From Patellaria atrata CBS 101060 (lineage: Eukaryota), in the NCBI GenBank assembly GCA_010093705.1, contig MU006092.1:564623-628622 (forward strand): a stretch of 64,000 nt of DNA, given 5' to 3'. Position numbers and translations under genes: made by a program. Under the pieces are notes generated by a model. The model was not told where the DNA came from. It saw nothing but the letters and a program-made list of their open reading frames with translations, and searched no databases. Below are positions 38,166-49,802 of this stretch, piece after piece (the first letter of the stretch is position 1; each line of letters starts with the position of its first letter).

Positions 38166-41100
38166 TGTGGTGGAGGATAGCAGTTAATTTCTTAGAATAG
38201 ATCGTTAGGAGGACAATGATGCGGAGCTGAAGCTTCAAAAGACTTTTTGCAGTGTCGGATGCGAGGACAAGGTTTGGAAGAGTAATTGCCTTTGTATGCT
38301 GGGACTCGAAGTTATATCTACATCCGCATCAGGCAACGCCGCATTTCAGCGCGTTTGCCTAGCGCGCGGTTCGGAGAAACTGACCTACCGACCGACCTTT
38401 CTTAAAGAAAATTCCTCGCCAACTACACGCAACCTTTCTCTTCAACCTCTCATTCATAAGAATCGCAATCAAAGCTCACAAACAGAGAACTTCGTTTCTC
38501 AGATCATGCTTTGGGAGAAAGTCCCCGGGCAACTCTTGACCTTCGTGGTTAAGGGCACTCGTGGTAACACGTCGCCATAGAAGCATTGCGGACCTCTCAC
38601 GCTTCCATCATATCCAACCCGCCTACTCGCCGTTCGTACTCTAGGTCATCGCGTTCTCCTACCACTTCGACTATGTTTGGAAACCATATGGACGAAGATA
38701 TGAGTCCGAGTTCCTAGCAGATGTTGAATGTGAAGGGTGATGTTATGTGCCTGGAGGAGGTGTGTTGGACTGTTCAAAAGCGGTCGGCTATGCTGGGTCT
38801 TAAGCTTGATGAGGATCTTTTCGCCAAGTTGGATAGTTATGCGATTGCCCTTGTCGTCTCTACCTTCGGGTCGAGTATGAGATGGGTAACTCAATGGGGC
38901 TCATTCTTGGAGCGAGAGGTCAATCGCTTTTTTTCAGGGTTCTCAAGGGTACCGCAAACCTTTACAAACTCTCTGTTTTTGGTTCTTTTTTGGGGCGAGA
39001 AGACAGTGCGGCACGCCTATGCTCTGTCAAAGGAGCGGAACCCATGTTATTTTTCGTTCAGGTGATGACACAACAAATAGAGTCAAGCACTGAGGCTTCT
39101 CCAGTACCTTCAGTGGTCTATGAGAGCTAAAGATGCGATCAATTTGTACGACGGTATCTGATGAACGAATCAATAACAATCTGTATGGTAGCTCTTCATA
39201 GTCAATTTGTCAGTTTAAGATGCCATGATTCGTTGAGAGCTTTTCTTCGTTCTTAAATCTGTTCTTTGTTCCAATTCAAATTGTATAACAAAATTATCTC
39301 CAGTGCTCACATTGAAGGATTACTCAAGTACATTTTACTGACAGGTTGCATCCATGAACTATTCCTCTGGGGAAAATTCCGAAAACATTCAATTTCCCAG
39401 TGATGCAATTGGTATGTGACTTCAAGTTTCCTGCCAGATGCACCACGGGGCAATATCAAATTATTACGCAATGACAAACTAGCTATTTCTAATACTGTCA
39501 TAGCTCGATGGTAGTGTTATTATAGTATTTATCACGCTGTGCCCTAGTTGATCCAAATATATCTCTTTTCTCTCAACTTTGGACGCTGTGGTCCATGAAG
39601 GTACTTTGTAGGATTTCTCTGATTTTATACTGATTGATTCGATTGATTTGGGACATTTAAAGCATTTATCGTATATTTCTTTAACTACAACTAACTACAG
39701 CAAGTTCTAGCTCTCATTGACGGCAATTGTAAGCTGCTTTGATTTGTAGAATGCCCCCAGTGAGCGTTCAGCCGACGGTGGTGATTTTCCGAAAGCATAT
39801 AGGAAATTTAGAATCTCCTTCATACCTTACTTAATGAAGGCACATGACTAAGCACATGTTCCACTCGTCCGCTCGACGCGAAAACATCTTTGACTTAATA
39901 TGCGTTATCATCAACCCTAGAACCGAAAGCCCGGCTGGTCGGATCCGACGACTATTTTCTTTCCCGGTTTTCACTTCGGGTTTATTTGGTTTCAGGACTC
40001 CTAGTTTAGATGTGTGATACTTCATGAGCTTAGACTCATTCCTCCAAAGACATAGCTTTAGAGGTGTGATGTCATCAACCGAGACATTGACGCAAATCTG
40101 AGAAAGGAGATAATGATACTCTTGGTAAGCCTCCTGGAAACGTCTTCCCCATGAACAGTTATTGTCGTATTCTATGCTGGTTGATAAGCACCAGTACAAA
40201 CTGTTAAATATAGATCTCCTCCACGATTGGTGGGAATAGACTACTGTTGTAAGAGCTTGTCCAAAGCTGGGTGTAGGCCTCTAACCCTTATCGTACCCCT
40301 ACGTATGGTCCATCAAGAATATATATCTGCAGCAAAAAGGGAGATGTTCTTGACAACAAGCTATTGAAACTCCACCAGTTGAAAAAAAGAAAGGGGGTAC
40401 CTTTCCAGGTTAAAATCAGGATCACGCCGACATAATGCACCGACGACAAAAGAGGAAGAGGCAGAGATACATGTGTAGAGCTCATCAAAGTGCCTTGTAA
40501 TGGTTCTTTTAGAAAGAAGAAGCATCATTGTGAAGAGAGATTTAAGATGTGAACATATACGGACGATCTCGCTTATTTATATCTGGATATCTTCAAATTG
40601 CTTAGATTCGGGTAATCTGTTTAAGAAATTATGAAGAGAAACTTTTTGGGGGATAGGATTTTGATTACAGCATTCCAAACCCTCGAGAGCAAGTCGCATC
40701 GATTGGCATGCTAGTAGATCAGCTTCTCTTTCGTACAGGAGTGTCATAGCGACCTCCACTGGATAGCAAAACAGGAAGTCAAATATTCCACGGGTGGTGA
40801 TTCGTGGATTGTTGATGTAGCGTGTGAACGCTATTTCGGGTATCAAGATACATTTCGCCCCACAGATTGCCATCAAGTTCCGGTTAAGTCTTCAAAATGG
40901 GTCTCGATTCCGAGGGATAAGTGAATAGATTCGGATAATCCAAAGAATGAGTAGACAACAAGCTTGGTTTCAACAAATTTGTTTTCACAAGACTGCCTTA
41001 CCTGGAAGCGCTTCCTGAAGTCACTATATAGATCCCTTTATGGTAACTCTGCGGATAAAGTCTTGGTTTCCACGTTTAAGGCGAGGATTAAGGTCCTGAG

Positions 41101-42159
41101 TAACGGTTGCTTAATGGACTGGATGATCCGGAAGCGTGAATCGCACGTTTACTATCAGGATTCCGGGTTCATGGATTCTCGGAATCGGTAAGACACGTTA
41201 TGAAACGTGAAGGACTGAAGGAGCTGAATGTCTTTATTTCGTTGTTAATGTCTAACTCACCGTTTCTATGGACGTTCTGCTCCTCAGGGCCATTTATTCT
41301 TTTTCTCTTCCTCCTACTTTAAGATTATATCCTAGATTCTGAAGAGTTTAAGGAAGCAATTTATATGCCAGTATGCCATGTGCGGAGTTAGATCCAAGGG
41401 ATCGATTGTGTGATTGAAGAAGTTTATGGTGGTCGAATAGGGAAAGCTTTGGGATAGATTAAAGTTATTGGCGGATAAATTCCCGTCGTGGCCGGCAACC
41501 CATCGATCCACCAAAGTCCCAAGGGTTCCTATGAGCAGAACGCCCAGGAGCCCCAAAACAATCTAAACAGCCCACTAGGCGGCGAATGGATAATTGGAAA
41601 GCCGAGAAAGAGGGGAGATTCTCCTAGATCACAGAAAGAACAATTCCGCGTTGCAACTTCATTCCGAACGTCAGGCCTGCGGCTAAGAGTCGCTCAATTT
41701 GATGCTCTCTCGGCATTGTTCTATGGCCTCCTCGAGCTGTAACATCCCAATTTCTCTGCGTTGTCGATACCTTACTTAATAAGTCAGCTCTCCTGAAGAT
41801 ACCGTTGAGGTTGACATTCCTGCATGACTGTACGCTACCCTTCGGAGAGCATGCCCTCCTGTCTAACAATCAGCAGCAATTCACTTGCTCTACGCTCCGA
41901 TCCAATCCGCACCCCAACCTTGTATCGTATATCTCTATTGTAAATATACCCTCCAGTACCCTGACCACCGGCAACGTAACTGTTAGAAATTGCTCGTCAT
42001 TCCCATCACTGGAAATCCAGGAAGCACTTCAAACATCTTTGGAAATGCGAACAACAGTCGCAGACACCTGTCAGCTGAATACCGCGCGCCGAATTCGCGT
42101 AGAGACTGAACTACGCATCAACGGCTTCAACACGTACGGATAAGGAACGCCGCATTTGC

Positions 42160-44196
42160 ATGGTTCAATATACTCAACAATTTCACATGGCGACTCAGCT
42201 GATTAGCGAAATAGCTACACCCACCCGTCTAAAGGGGGGCGAGGTAGTCCAGGTCGAAGAGATTTCTTACTCAGAGAAACCGCGCGTGTGTATCTTGTAT
42301 AATGAGGGTGAAGAGAGCATAGTCGGATTGATAGCGGAGATATTGGGTCAGGATGTGGCACTTGTGAATACTGTTCAAGACGATTGGGACAGCTCAGATG
42401 GAAAGGTTCTAGGTATCCCGGGCATATGTGTGGGGTCACATCTAGAGAAAAGACAAAAAACAAGGACTATCATTAACACTCACTGTGTGGACGGCGACTA
42501 CACTCGAAATGAGTACCTCAGCAATAGCTCAGACTACGAATACCTTTACACACGGAGCCCGTACCTGAGGAGAGACCTAACTAGGTTCCTGTCGTTCATC
42601 TTAGGCCAGAATAACCCTCATCGAGACCTAACCAATAAGACTAGGACAACACTGATATCGACCACCTTTCCAGATGTCCATGCAGCGTTACCTAACCTTG
42701 ATATTCTCTCCGTTGGTGCCGATGCGGTCGAAATCCGCGTCGATTTGTTGAAAGAGCCGCTCCCAGATGGCTCCATGAGCCAGGTCCCTAGCATTGAATA
42801 TGTTGGGGAGCAGGTTATGATTCTGCGGCAACGGACCGAGCTGCCTATCATTTACACGACAAGATGTACCAACGAAAACGGCCGATTCCCTATGGAAGAT
42901 CCGCAGTTATTTCTGAAATATCTCTTCAAAGCAATCCAGTGGGGCTGTGAGTACGTCGATGTCGAGCTTTGGTTACCAGAAGATATTAGACGAACCTTAG
43001 CAGAGCGTAAAGGCAACAGTAAAATTATTTCTGCATTCCATGACTTTTCTGGAACCTTCAAGTGGACCTCTGGCGAAGCTCACGAGCTTTTCAAAAAAGG
43101 TGCCGTCTATGGAGATGTCGTTAAAATGATCGCACTTGTTACTTCAACTCAGGAAAACTACGAACTGGAGTATTTCAGGTCTTTAGTTCAAGCACACTAT
43201 AAGCACCCCCGATTCTCTGGCCTAAATATGGGTCCTATGGGTCAATTATCCCGAACCGTTAACAAGATCTTCACACCAATAACGCATCCGCTTCTCCCGA
43301 TGATAGCTGCTCCAGGTCAACTCAGCGCTGCAGAAATCAACCAAGCTCTTCATACTATGGGTCAAATGCCCAAACTCTATATCTATGGAATTGGCAGCTT
43401 CCGAAAAGCAACACAGGGAATGTTCTTTGAAAAATGCTTCAACGAATTGAGTCTTCCTCACCAGTTTATATACGTTGAGAAGGGACCAAAAGGCTCAGTT
43501 GACTTACTCATGAAACGACCAAATTTCGGCGGTGCATATATCAACCCACCAGTATCAGCAGCAACGGCCCCTTTACCTAATTTGTCTGAGGCGGCTAGAG
43601 CTATCGGTCAAGTCGACACCGTTTTGCTTCGCTCAGATTCAACGCAGCCATCTTTCATCGGGGATAATGCTACATGGAAGGGCATCAGGGCCACTTTGAG
43701 TCGGGATTTTGTTCCGTCTGCATATTCAGGCCGCGCTGCCTTGATACTGGCCAACGCAGAATCTGATGCCGCCGCTGCAATTTTCGCTCTGAAAAGCCTT
43801 GGCATCGGTCCCATTTACACCATCGGGTTCAAGACTCAGGGATACCTTGCTTCCGAAGTACAGCCAGTGAGATTAGTAGAGGACGCGAAGATGCTCCAAC
43901 ATCCCTTCGTAATTATATCTGCATTGCCCGCAGAGAAGTCGATGCTTGTGGGACCTTTACTGAAACACTATAGCGATAAGAAGAGCCCTCCAGGTTCTGG
44001 TGGAAAGGTCTTCGTTGACTTAGCTTCGGGATCTAGAAAGGTTGATATCTTATCGACAGCGGCCCTCGCAGGTTGGACAGCATACGGGATCGCGGATGTG
44101 ACAGCATGGACAACGGTTGAAACTATGAGATTGCTTGTCGGACAGAACGTGCCATATGATTTCGTACGATTGGCATCGGGTCGAAGTCTGTACTGA
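42160..44196 (+). CDS. AROM-derived protein: degenerate shikimate-kinase-like region + type I 3-dehydroquinase + degenerate shikimate-dehydrogenase-like domain (QutR/QA-1S-like architecture)
   Basis: 678 aa, single exon. DHQase I motifs AVEIRVDLL, PIIYTTR..ENGRF, YVDVEL, IISAFHDF, GDVVKMI, NMGPMGQLSR, AAPGQL. SDH-like remnants NFGGA, AIGQVDT, GDNATWKGI. Confidence 0.9.
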   Translation: MVQYTQQFHMATQLISEIATPTRLKGGEVVQVEEISYSEKPRVCILYNEGEESIVGLIAEILGQDVALVNTVQDDWDSSDGKVLGIPGICVGSHLEKRQKTRTIINTHCVDGDYTRNEYLSNSSDYEYLYTRSPYLRRDLTRFLSFILGQNNPHRDLTNKTRTTLISTTFPDVHAALPNLDILSVGADAVEIRVDLLKEPLPDGSMSQVPSIEYVGEQVMILRQRTELPIIYTTRCTNENGRFPMEDPQLFLKYLFKAIQWGCEYVDVELWLPEDIRRTLAERKGNSKIISAFHDFSGTFKWTSGEAHELFKKGAVYGDVVKMIALVTSTQENYELEYFRSLVQAHYKHPRFSGLNMGPMGQLSRTVNKIFTPITHPLLPMIAAPGQLSAAEINQALHTMGQMPKLYIYGIGSFRKATQGMFFEKCFNELSLPHQFIYVEKGPKGSVDLLMKRPNFGGAYINPPVSAATAPLPNLSEAARAIGQVDTVLLRSDSTQPSFIGDNATWKGIRATLSRDFVPSAYSGRAALILANAESDAAAAIFALKSLGIGPIYTIGFKTQGYLASEVQPVRLVEDAKMLQHPFVIISALPAEKSMLVGPLLKHYSDKKSPPGSGGKVFVDLASGSRKVDILSTAALAGWTAYGIADVTAWTTVETMRLLVGQNVPYDFVRLASGRSLY

Positions 44197-45154
44197 GAGG
44201 GCGCCGGTTGTATAGTGTCCCGGTTTCGGTGCATGGTTCACTGTCCCGGCAGTCTGCATATGCTTCTTTAGATGGGAATTCCAGTTCCCTGAATTGTTTT
44301 GCTAGCAGGTTTGCAGATAATATCTAGCTACATTTCTCAGTTGCGTGCTCAGTTGCGTGATACAGCGCAATAAACACTTTATAGACAGTTCCGGATCGTT
44401 TCAGGCATTAACGCCTCAGTCTCAATTAAAGCACACACAGGTAGGTTTGCGATGCAGTTGCATTCGTACATAGTACGGGACGGCGGCTTCTTCAGATTTC
44501 TCGATGCATTCCATATTTCTAGATTCAATCATTAGTCTCTACTAGTTCAGTGCAGCCCCGTACAAGTGAATGTTAGTTTTATTCTCCGCACACACTACTG
44601 TATCGCGAGCGGACATGACCCCGTTATAGGATCAACTAGCAAAGAGTAAAAGAGATAGTCAGCAGCAGCCGACTCACTAGACGATCTCGGGGCACATGTC
44701 GCCCACGCTGTACCAGGTATCGATTGCGGCGACGATGCATACGGACATCCACTTGATAGGACGAGAAGTGATAAGCTTTGGTCTGCGAGTCGTAAGTCAC
44801 TCGTAACACAAAGAAAATCATAAGGGGCAACGAACAAGGTGTAGACACTGCGTCAGATGTCAGATGAGCTTTTGCAATTACCTGGTAGACAACGCCAGTT
44901 ATCTGCACGATGCAGTATACGAACGGTAAGGGTCTTGCTTTTGGCGCACTTTTGCTTTCGTACTACTGGTTGATACTTTGTGCTGTTGGACAAGACCCTA
45001 TAGACGAATGCTTAGTGTACTCTGTAGCATCTTAGGCTTGTATGGAGTAGTTCTGCGGGCTCAATGATTGCGCTCATACACTAGCACACTACAAGTCTTC
45101 TACCAGGTCAAGGTTAGGCATCCTCACACCCCCCCCCCCCTTGACCCCCCTTGC

Positions 45155-45181
45155 CCCCAGGCCTTCCCCGGGCTTCCCCAC
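45155..45181. promoter_or_regulatory. Three CreA/Mig1-type sites (SYGGRG on the minus strand) upstream of the Zn2Cys6 gene
   Basis: CCCCAG 45155-45160, CCCCGG 45166-45171, CCCCAC 45176-45181, preceded by a poly-C tract. Confidence 0.5.
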
Positions 45182-45313
45182 ATCTAATTTAGACGTAAGT
45201 CCTCGGCACCGGGACAGGCGAAACTACTAACCCAGAAATGACTTGCCCAATGCGCTGCACTTTATACTTCTACCTTTAGAACCTTTTGAAAGCCTGCTCA
45301 CCTGCCTCTCACT

Positions 45314-45465
45314 ATGGCTATTTGAATCTTCCCCATAACCAAGACAGTCCCACCTCAAAGCAAAGACTTGCCATGTTCTTGCCCTCTCGAATCTACCTAG
45401 AGGACGGCGTGCTGCACCATCTGCAGCGCCTGGCCAGCTATGTCAAGACCGCAAATAGGTATTGA
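45314..45465 (+). promoter_or_regulatory. Two upstream ORFs ahead of the Zn2Cys6 gene
   Basis: uORF1 ATG GCT ATT TGA at 45314-45325 (actATGG). uORF2 at 45373-45465 (30 aa, gccATG) overlaps the main ATG at 45440 out of frame. Confidence 0.6.
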
Positions 45466-48210
45466 TCGTCTTCCTCAACGACGGATGAGTAACAATGAAC
45501 CACGAGAGTCTATGAATTGCAAAAGCTGTCGGAAACGAAAGGTAGACAATCCTATCAGGTTCTTGCCAAAGTAAATCACTCAGCCCAGCTAATAACTTGA
45601 GTATAAGATCAAATGCAATCGTTTACGGCCATGCGAAGCCTGCCAGGTGTTTGCATGTCCATGTGTATACGGTATGTCATCGAAGCCGGAAAAACTCAAA
45701 CACCACTGGAAAATTTTGGTTAATTGATTTTGTTCAAGATGCCGTACCAAAGAAGAGAGGTCCTAAGACGGATGTGCTAGAAGCGCTTCTTAAACGTGTG
45801 GATGGCTTGGAAAAGCGCCTCCATACGGAAGGGAAATCAGATTCCCCTCCCGAAAAAGAACAAGAACACATTGAAGACTTCAACGATCCTCCAAAGAGCG
45901 CTGAATCAGTCCCTCAGAGACCTTTACTCGAAATCGCTCCAAATCCAGACCAAGCGCCTACAATCCTCTCACCATCGGATCCGAGGTAGATCATCTTAAC
46001 GGCACAATTGAACCGTCCTTAACTTACATTCCATACAGTAACTCTGCGCAGATTCCTCCCACTCCAGGTATTCATCCTGGTGTATTGCTAGACATCTATT
46101 TTGCTCGAATTCACGGGAAGCCGTATCACATCTTCGATGAGAATACGGCTCGGCAACGAATTCAGAGCAATCAGCTTCCAGAACACTTGACTTGCGCCAT
46201 CTATGCTATAAGTGCACGGTAATGGTTAAATATTCTCCCATTCACTAGCTACTCGTCTGATCGTCAATAGTTATGCTTCTCAATTCGGTGGTTTCAGCGC
46301 CTCTGTGGAAACAGGCCTCGAATATGCCAACCGTGCTCGCATGGAACTTGACGTTGAGCAGCCATCAATTGAGGGTCTACAAACCCTCTTGCTCTTGACA
46401 CAGGCTTACTTTCAGATGGGTAAAGGAAAGAAAGCGTACATGCTATTGAGTAAGTTCAGAAGCGATCATATATGGAATTTAACTAAAGCATATCCAGCAT
46501 CTGGTATAAGCATGGCCTTTGCGCTTGAGCTTCATCGCGAGTTGCCACAATCCATAAAAATTCACTCTGCGGAAAGAGAGGGAAGGAGAAAGCTGTTTTG
46601 GTCGTGTTACCTATTAGATCGATTTGCAGCATGTGGCTCGAAACGACCCTCCTTAATAACGGACGAGTCCATTGTGTTACGTCTTCCATCCTGGAACATC
46701 CACCCTGGATCTGTACTCATTCAGGGAGACTATTTCCCAAACGGTTCAAACTTGCAGTACATGGGAGGACCTGACACTCGGAATCAAGGTGGTGCTGCGA
46801 TGCTCATAGGAATCGTTAGGATCTTGGGTATCACTAATCGGTATCTTGCTGCCGGTGGTGTTAAGGGAGATTCTCACTTCCCATGGCATTCTCTGTCCAA
46901 CTTATCGAAGATCCGACAAGAACTCGATATCTGGATATCAGACACCCAAGAGACCTTCGCATCACTGGAGACCCTCTTTGGACAACCTGATAGTACCGTT
47001 CTAGTTCTAAGTAAACTCATTTATCACTTGATACACTGTCTTATATATCGACCGTTTTTACCTATTGATCTCACAGAACTAGCTGGCACTGGACAACATC
47101 AATCCTGGCAGATCGAATCTACCAACCTTTGCTTTCTTCACGCAAACGCAATCGCTGAGCTTGTCGAGATTGGTAAGGCTTCTGCATCTATCCCAGATTG
47201 GCCTGCTTTCGTTGCCTATTGTATCTGTACGGCCGGTACCATTCACGTCCATGGCGCATACTATCGAGGTCGAGAAGGAGAGGTCTTTTCCGCTAGTGCA
47301 GAGTTTCTGGCAAGGGAGATGCAACAGCTTATGGATCTACGTTTCACTTGGGCTGGTGTTCAACACCAACGTGATACTCTTCAAAAGATTTACTTGTGTC
47401 ATTCTGAGCTAGTCAGAGCTCTCACTGCAAACCCTGTGCGGTTCTCACCAGGTTTCCAGTTGGAAGATTTCTTTGATCGATATCCAGGACAATCATTCAA
47501 TGCAGCGCACGTCATATTCTTTGACGTCGTAACGGATCCGCTACTTGAAAGGTAAGTCGACCATGGCCTCAGAATATAGATCTTCCTTAGCTAATTGCCG
47601 TAGTCCGTCATACAACGTGGAGTCTCGCAGTAACATCTACAGAGGCCCAAATGTCAGCAATATCCAAACCCAGGCCCAACCCCAAACTCATCCGACTTCC
47701 GTTCCACAACAGCGACCAGTAAAACCATTACCCTCGTCAGACGGTACTAGAAAACGCCGAGGTACAAAAACTGCACAAATAGCTATCCCTCCTACCCTCA
47801 AGCAATTTGCCACAACGAAAGCACTAAATAGGGACGTATCAGAACCGCTTTCGGGCCTATCTCAGCAGAATTCGCAACCAAAACAAGAGCATCTCTCACT
47901 CAGTACGTCTGAATCGCATGAACTTTCACTCCCAGCGGACTTTCCAGCCTTACCACCATTTTCGCCTAACTTTGCCTTGACCGGTCTCGACACAGATACG
48001 GTCGGCCAAGGCGATATCGGGGATACTCTGGTCAACGTTAGTTCAGCGTACGAGCAGCAAGGTACGCCCGGTGCGGCGAGCGCCTCGGGGTCTGCACACA
48101 CTGAGCCTGACAAGGATCCTTTCCTCAGTCTCCTGGAACAGCTGGCGGAGAACGAACATTCGCAAGGCGGGCCGAGCGAACTGGATTTCTTCCTTGGTGG
48201 CCAAACATAA
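45440..48210 (+). CDS. Zn(II)2Cys6 transcription factor with fungal-specific TF domain, multi-exon
   Basis: Spliced N-terminus [65 protein letters not shown]. Middle region [18 protein letters not shown]. Acidic C-terminus [20 protein letters not shown]. Confidence 0.93.
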
Positions 48211-49802
48211 AGGGTATCTTACCAGTCGTCAGACCTAGGGTCTGCGTCTACTTCACCTTTGTATCCATATTCTTCTTCGACCCTTGTATATCAACCAGGA
48301 CAATTTGGGGGAAAAGCCAAAAGCGTTCGGGGATAGGATGTGCAGCGTTGGGATGGGAATTCGGCGTTCAGCGGGACTGATGATTGTTTATCATGATGAT
48401 GAAGTGTTACTATCGTTCAGTGGTGTTCTGGGCCGAGGAAAAGAAAGGAGGAAGCTGAAAGGGATGTGCGTTTACGATGCTTTCACTTGAGTGAGCGGAA
48501 GGTGTATCGACAATATATTGGTAGCGCTAGGGAGCGGATATGATCGTTTGCATGACTAGATATCAGCTAGTGTGAGCTGGAATGAAGGCCGAAAGAACGT
48601 CCTATGGTTAGTTGAACATGATGTTGTTTACTCAGCTATGAGCCTTCCATTCCGATCATTCATACTTCAGCCATCCCTCCTCTCTCTCTCTCCCTCCCTC
48701 TCTCTCTCCATTCTCTTCCCAAAGCCTCACCCTCCCGTCCGTATTCCATCATTTAGTAAAGGTAAAGTGAGACGTCAAGCAACCCAATCAGGTTAAAAAG
48801 CTCAAATTGCTCAATTGCTATGCTGAAATATTAATCCTAGCTGCGGGATAATAATCCTCGTAGTAAACAACAACCATACAGCAAACACAGATAAGAAGTG
48901 AACAAACCGGCCTATACAGTACCGTTCCTATCCCACTCCAATCCCCCGTAAACTCCGCTCCACACAAAACCCTATTTCCCTCCCATTCACATATTTCCTT
49001 AGCACTTCGGGTTTTTTAAATGGAGCCTCTTTTCTTGTTAATATTTTTTTTTGACCTTTTTGATTGGCAGGTGTAGCTAGGTTTATACGGTGTAACGACA
49101 TGACATATCAAAACTATGTAAGAGTCAATTTTGTACATATCGAACTCGCCAAAATCATCAATATCAAACATCAATGCTCTTCGCTCGAACAAAATATATC
49201 AAGGGAATCAAACCCGAACCTGAGATATAATCTACCCCATATCAACATCCTTCACTCTTCTTCTAAACTCGTAAACGGATCTCTAGAACTACTAATTGTG
49301 TATTTGGTTTGCCACGGTTCGATAATTCGGTGTGGAGAGAGTTTCTATGAATAGGAGTGTGTGTTCGTAACAGCACAAGCATAAGGTAGCGCGTGCAAAA
49401 GGGGTAAGGTGTGGCTTGCTTCAGCTCCCAAGTGGGCTGCACAATTGCACAATATCCACGATAATGTCCTCTTTCGGCGCTTTATGCACACCCACATTCG
49501 TGTTTGGACTCTCTTCGATCGGGATTCCAACCAATGACTGTACAGTTAAGAAACTCCCTAAATTTCCTCCCGAGAGCCACGGGGTGGGTATCGTGACTCG
49601 TGAAATTTATATGAGCGCCGAACCCCAGCGCGTTCGTGGATTTTTGGTTTCTACTTCTTCAAGTCTCGACTGTTGCAATACTGTAGTACCCATCACTCGT
49701 TCTGGGTTGCTTTATAGTCACTTTCTATATATCTAATAATTATCTAATTCTCTACGCTCGCTCACCTTTTCTTTGTCTTCGGCGTGATATATCAAATCCA
49801 CC

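Noticed and set aside
38500..41200. Short ORFs between rae1 and the AROM-derived gene
   Set aside because: Fragmentary with frequent stops and no family recognised; no AROM N-terminal (DHQ synthase/EPSP synthase) motifs found.
42160..44196. Calling this gene aroM or qutR
   Set aside because: Too short for AROM and missing two domains; it retains DHQase catalytic residues and has no qut cluster context, so no symbol was assigned.
45373..45459. uORF2 as a first coding exon spliced at AG/gtattg
   Set aside because: No suitable YAG acceptor or branch site before the zinc cluster; ATG 45440 already gives a continuous in-frame N-terminus.
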